Of a stretch of DNA of 64,000 bases, positions 10,103 to 20,889 are shown in pieces (position 1 is the first letter of the stretch; the number at the start of each line of letters is the position of its first letter). The translations under genes were made by a program, and so were the position numbers. Source of the DNA: Trypanosoma brucei (lineage: Eukaryota); assembly GCA_000002445.1 (NCBI GenBank), contig CM000208.1:1472001-1536000 (forward strand). Direction: 5' to 3'. The notes under the pieces are model-generated. The model was not told the DNA's origin. It did not search any database and saw only the letters and a list, made by a program, of their open reading frames with translations.

Positions 10103-12478
10103 TCAGGAAAGTTTTTTCCGTTTTACTTTTTTATTCTTACCTTTCGACCGTATGACGTCTTTAACCGATTGTGTTCTGTGCCGCTTTCCGGGAGCACTGG
10201 CACCTTCACGCTCTGAAATGAGTGTTTCACCTTCACGGTGCCGCTTGCGTTCAAGCTGACATTTTTTATCTACGTCTCCACTTGAGGAAAGCTCGGGCTC
10301 TTTACTTTTCGAGTTAATGATTTGTGGTGCTTCCACGTAGTCGTGAGAAATGCGCAACGCCTTGAAGAGTATATCTCTCCGGGTAGCGTCCGTAGCTGCA
10401 TTGCTTTTGTGGTTGGTTTGTTCACTCACAAGAACAGGTGCCATGCGACGTAGCTCGAAGCTGTAAGACATTTTTGCACATGATCTGCCAGTAGTCAAGA
10501 GGCCACTGCTCGACAGGGCGGCAACTCCTTTTCCTTCGTCTCCCGCAACGGCGCCGAGTGTAGATGTGGCGGTCTCTTTACCGGCAAGCGCGCCCAAAGT
10601 GGGTACACACAACTCAATCGTGCGACGCCATGCCAAGAGCAACCGAGAAAACGTGGACAACCTACCACCAAATTCTGCGACGCTGTTGGAAATTTTGCTG
10701 TAGTTTCTCGGACTATGTTTGAGGCAATCCATAATGTTCTTGCGACTCACCTCCGCTGTCGTGAATGGTGCAAGAAATCTTGATAACTGTACGCAGCGCT
10801 GTGCACCAGAGGCCGTAACGGCGGATGCGAGTGTGCCCGCAACGTCCGTTTGAAGCACCATTCGACTTTCCCCACGACCGGACCGTATCCTAGCTGCAGT
10901 TATTGCCTCTTCAACAGCCGACACGCCCTTAGCAGCGCTGGACAACACATCTGTTGTAGCCGAACCTACAAGTGGAAAGTGCAACGTTCTCTTCTTTGTT
11001 TGGTTGAGCACTGACAGAAAGGCCGCAACACTAGGAACGGAAACCACCTCTGAAATATTCCTTGTGTCCAAAAAAGTATCGTCCACTCGACCCGCCGCTA
11101 CCCTTCCAACGTTGCAAGCAACGATGTATCGGAGAGCAGCGTAAGCGGCATGCGAAAGATACAACAAGGCCCTTTCTTTGTCTTCATCGGTCATTGGGCG
11201 TGATTGTACATCTGCATACTGTGCTGTATCCAGTAAAGTGCACAGAAAGGAACAATCTACGACAACGGAAGCAATATCATCAGATTGCTGGTCCTTTATA
11301 CTAAGGATGCCGTTGAGGTCAAACAGCGTGCGGCCCATCTCTTTCTCCCTTTCCGACTCAGCAGTATTGTATTTCATCTTGCAGTACGCCCTCCAGCATG
11401 ACTGAATATCCACTTTTGTTGCGCCACGGATGACAGGTGGTACACTGCCTCCGTTTCCCATAACGATAATGAAGAGGAACACCATGTCCACACAGCTGTT
11501 CTGAAGAATTTCAGCCACAGCTGCTTGAGAAACCATGGTTGGCACGCAAGTGGATGGACCTGCTTTCGGTGGGTGCAGTTCATTGTCCATATTGCCGCCA
11601 CCATTACGAGTATCCCTGAGACCTTCACTTTGCGCGTGGTCATCGTCATCATCTGAGTCACCTAACACAACACGGACACCAGTCGAGACCATTGGTCCAT
11701 CAACCTTCTTCCTGCGAGTAATTTGCTCCTCTCCATCTCCCTCCGTTTCCATTTGTTCGGCATGGAAAATGCTATCGGTGCTTCCGACTGGACCGCTATC
11801 GACCGTCATATCCTTCTCTTCCTCCACACTCGTCTCCGCGCCGCTAATAAACGCCTCCATGCATACGCCAACATGAGCCAATACGTGTGAAACACGAAGC
11901 ACGCACATATCAATCATCGTGTCGCGCAACTTTGTTACGATGGAAACTGTATGGGGTGCAGGACCACAAAGAGCGCCACAGAGAACGTCAGAATCTTCCG
12001 ATACCATGCAGAAAGTTGGTAGTTTATCGCTTCCACCATTGGTAAAAACTTGCATTATAATGAACCTCTGAATGTCCAATATCTTGTAATCTGCTTCACC
12101 AGCAACATGACGACCACTGATTAAGACTTGTGGAACGCTCTCACCCCCACATTGCTCGTAATGGCGCTGCAGGTCGCTGCCAAAGCGCTGAATGACCACA
12201 TCAGTGTCCAACACTGTCGAGTGCGTCCGTTGAGCCCTCGCCGTGTCACTGCGCTGCCGTTGCCCGTCTACAGCGAAAATAACAGCTTGACGCACCTGCA
12301 CTTGGGAACGACGAAGGAACGCCCCCAACACCTCAAGACCAATGGTTTGGGCTGCATTTGTAGCATCAATTAGAATAAAGTCAAAGCACAGAGGCGTTGC
12401 AACACTGTCCCGGGGTAACCGGCAGAGCGCCCCCGGGGCCGTGCGGGATACAAACTTTAGAAAGTCTGGCACACCCAT
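10103..12478 (-). CDS. XRN-family 5'-3' exoribonuclease-like protein, short form (791 aa).
   Basis: The N-terminus aligns by eye to the XRN1/Rat1 N-terminal nuclease domain. MGVPDFLKFVSR matches MGVPKFYRW, CFDFILIDATNAAQT matches FDNLYLDMNGIIH, VIFAVDGQRQRSDTARAQR matches VFFMAVDGVAPRAKMNQQRGRR, VLISGRHVAGEADYKILDIQRF matches IYFSGHETPGEGEHKIMEFIRS, and FCMVSEDSDVLCG matches HCLYGLDADLIMLG. Confidence 0.55.
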   Translation of the reverse strand: MGVPDFLKFVSRTAPGALCRLPRDSVATPLCFDFILIDATNAAQTIGLEVLGAFLRRSQVQVRQAVIFAVDGQRQRSDTARAQRTHSTVLDTDVVIQRFGSDLQRHYEQCGGESVPQVLISGRHVAGEADYKILDIQRFIIMQVFTNGGSDKLPTFCMVSEDSDVLCGALCGPAPHTVSIVTKLRDTMIDMCVLRVSHVLAHVGVCMEAFISGAETSVEEEKDMTVDSGPVGSTDSIFHAEQMETEGDGEEQITRRKKVDGPMVSTGVRVVLGDSDDDDDHAQSEGLRDTRNGGGNMDNELHPPKAGPSTCVPTMVSQAAVAEILQNSCVDMVFLFIIVMGNGGSVPPVIRGATKVDIQSCWRAYCKMKYNTAESEREKEMGRTLFDLNGILSIKDQQSDDIASVVVDCSFLCTLLDTAQYADVQSRPMTDEDKERALLYLSHAAYAALRYIVACNVGRVAAGRVDDTFLDTRNISEVVSVPSVAAFLSVLNQTKKRTLHFPLVGSATTDVLSSAAKGVSAVEEAITAARIRSGRGESRMVLQTDVAGTLASAVTASGAQRCVQLSRFLAPFTTAEVSRKNIMDCLKHSPRNYSKISNSVAEFGGRLSTFSRLLLAWRRTIELCVPTLGALAGKETATSTLGAVAGDEGKGVAALSSSGLLTTGRSCAKMSYSFELRRMAPVLVSEQTNHKSNAATDATRRDILFKALRISHDYVEAPQIINSKSKEPELSSSGDVDKKCQLERKRHREGETLISEREGASAPGKRHRTQSVKDVIRSKGKNKKVKRKKLS

Positions 12479-12870
12479 ATATAAATAAATAAATAATATA
12501 TATATATATATGCCGCTACTTGGCGTCAGCTATATCAGACAATTCCTCTACTCACTGATGAGGAGAGACAAGTTCTCTTTTTTTTAAAATTTTTATCAAC
12601 TAACCTATCCCTATTAAACGACTTTCAAAGGTAACATATTCATGACAATAACAAAAGCAAATGCCAAAGGCAATAATGAGACAGCTGGTGAGGTACACCC
12701 TATATGCTTCAGGAATAGTAAACCAAAAAGGTATTGCAACATGAGAAAGAAAGCTAAAGAGAAAGACTCAAACAAAAATAGAAGAATGGTAGGTACGTTA
12801 TGGTGTCTCGCTAATCCGAAAGAAAACTAAGAATTTTAAAAAAAAGAGGTGAAAAGCCCAAGAATAAAAA

Positions 12871-12884
12871 AAAAAATATCGCGC
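12871..12884 (-). promoter_or_regulatory. Candidate polypyrimidine tract upstream of the XRN-like gene.
   Basis: A11 run on the + strand within a purine-rich stretch approx 400 nt upstream of the start at 12478. No splice-site mapping is possible from sequence alone. Confidence 0.2.
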
Positions 12885-14033
12885 ACCATCACAATGGAAC
12901 TAACCAAACGACCGAAGCCATCCCTTTATGTAAGGAAAGGAAGAAGAGAAAAAGAGTACAACTGAAAGGGCTTCATGCACATGCTTCCCCTCTAAAAGGC
13001 TTAACCATGGGTTACTAAGGCAGCTAACTATTCCAACCACACACATATTACAGTTAGAGAACAGGAAATGCAACGACCGCGATAATGGCGCCGCTGACAG
13101 CAGGTTTAACGGGCACATTTGGCATGTCATCTACGGCTACTGCAAAACAAAAAGAAGGAAAGAAAGAAAGGAAACAGCAGCAACAACGGAAGCCAAAAAA
13201 ATACACCAAAAATGGATATATACATCCATATAACGCCGCTGATGAGAGAACATACAATAAGAAGAGATAATAACCGCACCATTAGATACCCTAATGCCCG
13301 CACAGAAAAATAAAAAGGAAAACATTATATGGAGGGAGATGTATACCTCTCTACATATATCATATGTTTTGTATATTAAGTATTATATAATATATATTTC
13401 GTACGTATCAAAAACGTTGAATGCTGATAATAATAATAATGATAATCAAGTAGGTGACAAAGGTAACAAGTTGGTGGAGAGCATACACCATGACACCAAC
13501 CCATGGTTACTATGATACCACCAACACCAAATAAACACATACATGCATCTATGTACATAAACTAAATTAAAAGTACATACCATACATATCGATAAGGAGA
13601 AAAACCTACAAATAATATTATTTACTATGAAGCATTAATGACGGCATATAGTCACCGTTCACATCACCGAACTAAACCGCCGGTACATATCAATGGCTTC
13701 AAAAACTCAATCACAGGAATGACAATAAAAAACAAAACAAACAAAAAAAGGAAAAAACCAACGATAAACCTAAAAAGGAAAGAAAAACAACAACCCTTAG
13801 GGAAATAAAATTACATTGCCTTTCCACAGACATTCCAACCCAGAACATCTTAAATACAGAAAAAGAGAAAAAAATCAAATAATCGAAAATAAAAACAAAA
13901 CTACAAATCAATGAAAAGAAATATTAACCAGCAGCGAACACAAAAAAATAGAGAAAAAGAAAACAACAAATCTTAAACCGTACAGTCACAAAAAATAAAA
14001 CATTATAAATTCAAAAGGAAAAAGTATAAAGCT

Positions 14034-15506
14034 TTACAATCCAAGAACCTCCTGTATTTTCTGCATCCATGCATCACGCTTAGCAGGGCTACGGGCTTGA
14101 AAAAGAAGACGCCTCCCTGCCTTGAAAGCAACAGCGAACACGTTAGGAGCGTTGGAGCCGGTATACTTGCTCGGCACCGGGAATACATCCTCCAGGTCCG
14201 TGAATGGAGTGGCAATACACTGCCGTTGCAAAGTGTCTTTTGAAATGGCAAGCACAAGGTGAAGACTCTTAAACTTCGGAAGCTTCCCAACACTAAGGTC
14301 CTCACCATTCTCGAGCTCAGCACGGATGCACAGGTATCGTCGCTTCCATGACATGTCACTACTCTGTTTCTTTATTATACCCTCATACAGTGTCACGTCA
14401 CCAAGGCCACTGCAGGGAGTTGCACCCTCCAGTACCGCAGTGGATATCGCGGTACTGTACGATTCATCCATCTGCTTAACAACACTTCGTTTGTCAGCTC
14501 GTAGTAGTTGCTTAATGTTACGGATATCGGAAGGAATCACGTCACGTAGTGGACCTTCAAATGCTGGTTGTGTTTGCACAATCTCAAGCAAACCAGACAT
14601 AAACAGTTTGCAGATGGGCATATCCAACAACTTCCCACTGCAAGGTCGCTGCTTAGGATCACTGCTCAACAAAAGGGAAACAATTTCAGCCATCTCGGGA
14701 CTCGTTTCAGGTGGTAACGGATCGTACTGTCCGCTCAGGGTTCTATTCATCACATCACGCATACTCTCCCCATCAAAAGGACGCCTGAGTGTCAACAGTT
14801 CATATAAGAGGACACCAAGAGAGAACAAGTCGGCTTTCTTGCTGTATGGTTTCCGACGCCAAATCTCCGGTGCAACGTAATATGGCGTACCACAGAACGT
14901 CTTTCCAACATCATCAGAGACTGTCGCAGAATACATTTTGGTGAATCCAAAGTCTCCAAGCTTTATTAGGCCGTTGCTGCACAGGAGGATGTTCGCTGAC
15001 TTGATATCACGATGGATCATATGCCGCGAGTGTACATGATGAAGTGCAAGGAGAACCTGAATGAACAACAACCCAGCCTCATGCTCACGGAATGCGCGTG
15101 ATGTTTTTGCACGGCTTTTGATTTCCTGCCGGAGGTCTCCAGCATTTGCGTAGTCGAGCACCAGTGCTATCATCAGCACATTCACCTCATTCTGTGGATC
15201 TTTCTTTGCAAAGTCCTCATGGCACTTCAGGATTGAAAAGAAATCACAGTTCATCAAACAGTGTACCTCAGCCTGTGCGCGGTTTTTGTCTCCTTCGTTC
15301 ATACCTTCCAAGTCCACAACCTTCACTGCAAACGTTTCACCATCGGACGTCCGTTTGGCACACAACACCGTACCGGTGGCACCTGAACCCAGAACCCGTT
15401 TAATCCAATATTTCTTCTTCTGCTCTTTCGCTGTGGCTTCGTCTTTTGCGAAAGCCTCACCGAAGGTGCGGCACACACGCCCAATCATTGCATCCGTTGA
15501 CGACAT
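14034..15506 (-). CDS. NIMA-related (NEK-type) Ser/Thr protein kinase with a C-terminal PH domain, tandem copy 1.
   Basis: The full set of kinase motifs is present: glycine loop LGSGATGTV, FAVKVVDL (VAIK Lys), HRDIKSANILL, DFG and YVAPE. The C-terminal approx 110 aa (WKRRYLCIRAELENG...DAWMQKIQEV) has the PH-domain pattern. It resembles the T. brucei NRK/NEK (possibly NEK17-like) tandem family. Confidence 0.85.
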   Translation of the reverse strand: MSSTDAMIGRVCRTFGEAFAKDEATAKEQKKKYWIKRVLGSGATGTVLCAKRTSDGETFAVKVVDLEGMNEGDKNRAQAEVHCLMNCDFFSILKCHEDFAKKDPQNEVNVLMIALVLDYANAGDLRQEIKSRAKTSRAFREHEAGLLFIQVLLALHHVHSRHMIHRDIKSANILLCSNGLIKLGDFGFTKMYSATVSDDVGKTFCGTPYYVAPEIWRRKPYSKKADLFSLGVLLYELLTLRRPFDGESMRDVMNRTLSGQYDPLPPETSPEMAEIVSLLLSSDPKQRPCSGKLLDMPICKLFMSGLLEIVQTQPAFEGPLRDVIPSDIRNIKQLLRADKRSVVKQMDESYSTAISTAVLEGATPCSGLGDVTLYEGIIKKQSSDMSWKRRYLCIRAELENGEDLSVGKLPKFKSLHLVLAISKDTLQRQCIATPFTDLEDVFPVPSKYTGSNAPNVFAVAFKAGRRLLFQARSPAKRDAWMQKIQEVLGL

Positions 15507-15510
15507 TCCA
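14041..15510 (-). repeat. Tandem duplication unit A (period 2170 bp). Homology is confined to the NEK coding sequence.
   Basis: The sequence from 14041 matches the sequence from 16211 nearly base for base through the start codon (15506 and 17676). The flanks diverge immediately outside the CDS. Confidence 0.9.
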
Positions 15511-16191
15511 AACTACGTGTTATGTTCCCTAATGGAAGCACTTCTAGGTGCTTAGCAGAACTTTGACAGGGACAAAAAGATATTGTAGCAGAGGAATACA
15601 AAACAAAACAGAGAATTAGAGGCGTATTTATGTCGTTATATTTTTCTCTTAGGCTTAATATATGATAGAAGTAATGCTTGACGCGTGATGTACGGCTTTA
15701 CACTTTGGTTAAGCAGTCGTACCAAACTGTATTTGAACGTACGAGTCACCCAACATATACGGATACACACTCGCACGCAACATATTTCAATTTTCGAACA
15801 GCAATAAAGCTTACGACAGAGAATCGCTCGAAAGCATTCGCCTTCTTCCGCGGAGTATATTTTGCTAGATGTAATAGATTACATGATTCACCAAGGAAAG
15901 ACAACAGCTGAGTAGTTATACACGAACATATGATATGTAGCGTAATACTAACAGACTAAAAATGGAAAGCCATCTCCTTCTTTAAAGAAAAATACGACAT
16001 TGAAACAAGCTATACAAAATACACAAGTATTCCCTACCCTAGAACACCCCGATTATATAGAGGGAAAGAGTAAGAGAGGAAAGCATCTCATGCGGCAATA
16101 ATACGCCGCGCATATTCGCGTATATATAGTTATATATGCCCTCACAAACGCGAGGAAGGGTAAACACGTTGCGGCGCAGGAGTGGCACGGT

Positions 16192-17676
16192 TCACTCAGC
16201 ATCACCAATGCCAAGAACCTCCTGTATTTTCTGCATCCATGCGTCACGCTCAGGAGTGCCGCGGGCTTGAAAAAGAAGACGTGAACCTCCGACAAATACA
16301 ACAGCGAACACGTTAGGAGCGTTGGAGCCGGTATACTTGCTCGGCACCGGGAATACATCCTCCAGGTCCGTGAATGGAGTGGCAATACACTGCCGTTGCA
16401 AAGTGTCTTTTGAAATGGCAAGCACAAGGTGAAGACTCTTAAACTTCGGAAGCTTCCCAACACTAAGGTCCTCACCATTCTCGAGCTCAGCACGGATGCA
16501 CAGGTATCGTCGCTTCCATGACATGTCACTACTCTGTTTCTTTATTATACCCTCATACAGTGTCACGTCACCAAGGCCACTGCAGGAAGTTGCACCCTCC
16601 AGTACCGCAGTGGATATCGCGGCACTGTACGATTCATCCATTTGATTTACAATGCTTCTTTTCTCAGCTCGTAGTAGTTGCTTAATGTTACGGATATCGG
16701 AAGGAATCACGTCACGTAGTGGACCTTCAAAGCCCGGTTGTGTTTGCACAATCTCAAGCAAACCAGACATAAACAGTTTGCAGATGGGCATATCCAACAA
16801 CTTCCCACTGCAAGGTCGCTGCTTAGGATCACTGCTCAACAAAAGGGAAACAATTTCAGCCATCTCGGGACTCGTTTCAGGTGGTAACGGATCGTACTGT
16901 CCGCTCAGGGTTCTATTCATCACATCACGCATACTCTCCCCATCAAAAGGACGCCTGAGTGTCAACAGTTCATATAAGAGGACACCAAGAGAGAACAAGT
17001 CGGCTTTCTTGCTGTATGGTTTCCGACGCCAAATCTCCGGTGCAACGTAATATGGCGTACCACAGAACGTCTTTCCAACATCATCAGAGACTGTCGCAGA
17101 ATACATTTTGGTGAATCCAAAGTCTCCAAGCTTTATTAGGCCGTTGCTGCACAGGAGGATGTTCGCTGACTTGATATCACGATGGATCATATGCCGCGAG
17201 TGTACATGATGAAGTGCAAGGAGAACCTGAATGAACAACAACCCAGCCTCATGCTCACGGAACGTGCGTGAAGCTTTTGCACGGCTTTTGATTTCCTGCC
17301 GGAGGTCTCCAGCATTTGCGTAGTCGAGCACCAGTGCTATCATCAGCACATTCACCTCATTCTGTGGATCTTTCTTCGCAAAGTCCTCATGGCACTTCAG
17401 GATTGAAAAGAAATCACAGTTCATCAAACAGTGTACCTCAGCCTGTGCGCGGTTTTTGTCTCCTTCGTTCATACCTTCCAAGTCCACAACCTTCACTGCA
17501 AACGTTTCACCATCGGACGTCCGTTTGGCACACAACACCGTACCGGTGGCACCTGAACCCAGAACCCGTTTAATCCAATATTTCTTCTTCTGCTCTTTCG
17601 CTGTGGCTTCGTCTTTTGCGAAAGCCTCACCGAAGGTGCGGCACACACGCCCAATCATTGCATCCGTTGACGACAT
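16192..17676 (-). CDS. NIMA-related (NEK-type) Ser/Thr protein kinase with a C-terminal PH domain, tandem copy 2.
   Basis: 494 aa and about 98% identical to copy 1 over the CDS. It differs at a handful of residues, and its C-terminal tail is ...GIGDAE where copy 1 has ...GL. Confidence 0.85.
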   Translation of the reverse strand: MSSTDAMIGRVCRTFGEAFAKDEATAKEQKKKYWIKRVLGSGATGTVLCAKRTSDGETFAVKVVDLEGMNEGDKNRAQAEVHCLMNCDFFSILKCHEDFAKKDPQNEVNVLMIALVLDYANAGDLRQEIKSRAKASRTFREHEAGLLFIQVLLALHHVHSRHMIHRDIKSANILLCSNGLIKLGDFGFTKMYSATVSDDVGKTFCGTPYYVAPEIWRRKPYSKKADLFSLGVLLYELLTLRRPFDGESMRDVMNRTLSGQYDPLPPETSPEMAEIVSLLLSSDPKQRPCSGKLLDMPICKLFMSGLLEIVQTQPGFEGPLRDVIPSDIRNIKQLLRAEKRSIVNQMDESYSAAISTAVLEGATSCSGLGDVTLYEGIIKKQSSDMSWKRRYLCIRAELENGEDLSVGKLPKFKSLHLVLAISKDTLQRQCIATPFTDLEDVFPVPSKYTGSNAPNVFAVVFVGGSRLLFQARGTPERDAWMQKIQEVLGIGDAE

Positions 17677-17680
17677 TTTA
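16211..17680 (-). repeat. Tandem duplication unit B, the partner of 14041..15510.
   Basis: Direct comparison with copy A. The 3' UTR and upstream regions are unique to each copy. Confidence 0.9.
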
Positions 17681-18050
17681 AATTATTAAATGTTAGCTAC
17701 TAATTCATAAATTAGAAAGAGCGTTGAAGAATTTTTTTTTGATGGGTGGTGGGGAAGTGTAATGTTTTTGAATTGTATGTTCGTTGTATCACAGTTTTAT
17801 TATTTTCATCGATGTTTCGCTATCGATGATGGTGTCGGTCTTGTGATTTTATTAGATTCTTCAAAGCGGGTCTCACTTTTATTATTATTTGGAGTGGCTG
17901 AACCGCACTTTTCTGTTGGTTATGCGATGAACGAAGTATATGCTGGGTTCTTCACTGTTATTAAGTCTCCTTTGTGAACGAAACCAGAGGCGTATCCGAC
18001 GTCTGCAATATTCGTATCACGCTGTTTATATTCGTTATTGTTTAAAATGC

Positions 18051-18062
18051 AAAAAAAAAAGA
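18051..18062 (-). promoter_or_regulatory. Candidate polypyrimidine tract (U10 on the sense strand) that could serve trans-splicing of NEK copy 2.
   Basis: An A10 run on the + strand lies approx 380 nt upstream of the ATG at 17676. More purine-rich + strand sequence (aggaaaggaaaggaaac) lies just beyond. This is a positional inference only. Confidence 0.25.
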
Positions 18063-18320
18063 TGATTTAGAACTTTCCGGTCAAAATGAGAATCCCCGAA
18101 ACTTACCACACCGCTGAATTATAAATAGCAGAGGAAAGGAAAGGAAACAAATGGGAGTTTACTTGGCGACGTATATAATAAATGACTTTCGGTTGGTCCG
18201 TTCAACAGCGCCTGCTTGCTGAAACAAATTCTCGCATTTTGATTTGCAATCAGTTTTTCCTTACGAGGAGTGTGCCACGCATTATCCTGGAATATCTATC
18301 GCAGAATATCTCACTAACCT

Positions 18321-18352
18321 TAGATGTATAATAATAATAATAATAATAATAA
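18321..18352. repeat. (ATA)n trinucleotide microsatellite.
   Basis: ataataataataataataataat. Confidence 0.9.
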
Positions 18353-19316
18353 TGTAATAACACTGTTGTTACGCATTAAATGATGAAGGGAGAAAAAAAA
18401 CATTTAGTGGCACTAGGAGCAGGAAACACGGAAATTTTGTTTACACATTCATCTGAATACAAATACAAAATAAATAAATATATATATATATGCAACATTA
18501 TAGTTCACGCGTTCCACGGAGTGACAGAGGCATGTGTGGGCAAATGACGAAAAATTATTCGATTCCTTCCCATTTAAAAACAGAAAAAAATGCTTGTCAC
18601 GCCTCAAAAATTCTTCCTTTTTCCCTTTTGTGTGTGTGTGTTTTGGAGAAGGGGGAAGAGGGGGGAAAGGAAAGGTTTGAATGGGGGTTGGAGCGAACGG
18701 GGCGACAAACAGTGAAGACGCAAAAGCAGAAAACACAAACACATAAACACAAAAAAAAAAGGATTCACAGTTTTTTTTTAAAAAAAAGACAGCTGGGACT
18801 GAGATAACACGTTAACGGAATTTTCTGCCATTTGTAATCTCCAGTCCTTCCACAGACACACACACACACACACCCTTCCTCTCCTCTTCACCACGTTGGC
18901 ACAAGAAAAAGAAAACACGCACAAATATACATTTCATTTTAGACGAACATAAAACCATTCACAAGCATCAAGACTTCACAAACCCCTCAAAAAAAAAAAA
19001 ATCATAATAACAGTTTTTCTTTTTTAAGCCCTTTCATGAAACTACCGAGATTCAAAATGGGTGCCCTCCACATGATAAAACACTTTTCCTCCTCCTCCGC
19101 CCCCCCCCTTTTCTTTTTCATTTATTTTTTTTTGTTTTTTTTGTTTTACTTCGCCCACCTTTAACCAAATATTCCTCATGTAACACAAAGATACGCGCGT
19201 AAGTAAAAATAAAAATAAATTCGAACTCAACATAAAGGTAAGGAAACACCTACAAGGGTAGAAACATATGCGATAACACATTCCCTCAAAGGTACATGAG
19301 CTAAAGCAATGGGAAG

Positions 19317-19415
19317 GTGAAAAGTAATGGATTGTGTTCGGGTTCGGGGCGTGGGTTTGGGTTCGGGGCGTGGGATGTGGGATGTGCGATGTGGGGAAAC
19401 AAAACAAAACAAAAC
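19317..19415. repeat. G-rich degenerate tandem repeat (GGGTTCGGGGCGTGGG x2, GGGATGTG x3) followed by (AAAAC)6.
   Basis: gtgttcgggttcggggcgtgggtttgggttcggggcgtgggatgtgggatgtgcgatgtggggaaacaaaacaaaacaaaacaaaaac. It has 4 or more G-tracts of 3 or more. Confidence 0.8.
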
Positions 19416-20889
19416 AAAAACGAATTGATGAAGTAACGTGAGATTTTCATAAATGAGTTATCGCATACGCAAAAAACAAAAAAAACAACATATTCCCAAA
19501 CACGGAAAGCAACAGCGACAACAAGCACGACAAGAGAGGAAACGATTAACATTGACAACTAATAAAATAGGGAGTAAAGGGTTGTGCGTGACTGCGTGTT
19601 CGCGTTTGCTTGTTCGTAAGTGAGTAGAGGTGGGATATAAAATAAACATAAATTTTATAAAGCAAAACAAAGGACAAACAAGCAAATGAGAAACAGAAAT
19701 GTAAGGGAATAAAGAGGAATGAAAAAAAAAACAAAAAACAAAAAAAAAGAAGATAACATGCAACAAGTAGTGTTACGCAGCAAACACAACTGCACGTTGG
19801 GTGGGTAGCCAAACAGAGCAAAAATCATATGCGCCCACGCAAAAGGTTTAAAAAAAAACCAAAAGGGAGAGGGGGGAAAAAAGGAGAAAAAAGAAAGCAA
19901 CTAAAAAAAAAGTTTAAAAAGCAATAATTTAAACATAAAAAATGGAGAGGAACGAACGGCCACCGTTTTTTTTTTCCCTCTTCCACAAGTAGAGAGAAGA
20001 GCACACGCTCATAAAATGATGGGGGAAGAGTGGTTAGAAATTTAACTACCCAATACCCACATCTTTATGAAATTGACAACCCAATAAGTTTGAAATAACG
20101 TGAAAAGAAAAAAAAGGAGGGGAGAGTAGGGAATAGAAGGATGGAACTCTGTTTCAGGGACATTTCATTCAGTAAACAAATACTTAAACGCCTATTTCCT
20201 TTCAACAGAAAGCTAAACCCGCATTATTAACCATAACCCTCAAAGGGAGAGCACAAAAAGTTGTCGTAGTAATAATGATAGCAATGTACACCTATCTTGT
20301 TATTTCTTTTTCTTTTCCTTTCTTTCTTTTTTATAAAAAAAAAAAAAAGAAAAATGTTCGCTTTCTTTCCTCACCAAAACACAACAATTTACCTTACCTC
20401 CTTCATATTTTCTTGATCCTATCCCGTGATCCACGCCCCCCCCCCCATATTTCCCTTTTCCCCCTCAAAAACAAAAAACATAACGTCGTCCTTGTTTGCT
20501 AAATAATGACAGCAACAGGCAACACATTTCACTACAAACGCTGTGACACAACATTCTTATTTGGCACCGCACGTCACCACTCAACGGTCCACAACATTAA
20601 CAACAATGGCGATGCACAATACAGGTGCATGCGTAATATTTCCTTTTCTATATATGAATAAATAGGCATGACAAGAGACGCATTTACTGATATCACTCTA
20701 TCTATCACATTCCACCTGGATTTTTGCGGCGAGCAACCACACGGTGTAATGCCGTTGTTTATTCAACAAAAAAAAAACAAAGTCCTCTTTATCCCCTTCA
20801 TTTTTTTCCCAGACCCCAATTTTTCCCTCCGCCTATAAATAAGTAAAAAAAAACCAACCAAACAAACAAACATTTCTTGTGTTAACCCG

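Noticed and set aside
14003-14359. 118-aa and 158-aa minus ORFs (14003..14359 and 16053..16529) beginning MTCHGSDDTCASV.
   Set aside because: They are alternative-frame read-throughs across the 3' end of each NEK kinase copy. They are duplicated only because the kinase gene is duplicated.
19042-19900. Cluster of overlapping 60-120-aa minus-strand ORFs.
   Set aside because: They are translations of homopolymer and microsatellite sequence (Phe/Cys/Leu-rich) within the 3.2-kb spacer. There is no coding periodicity.
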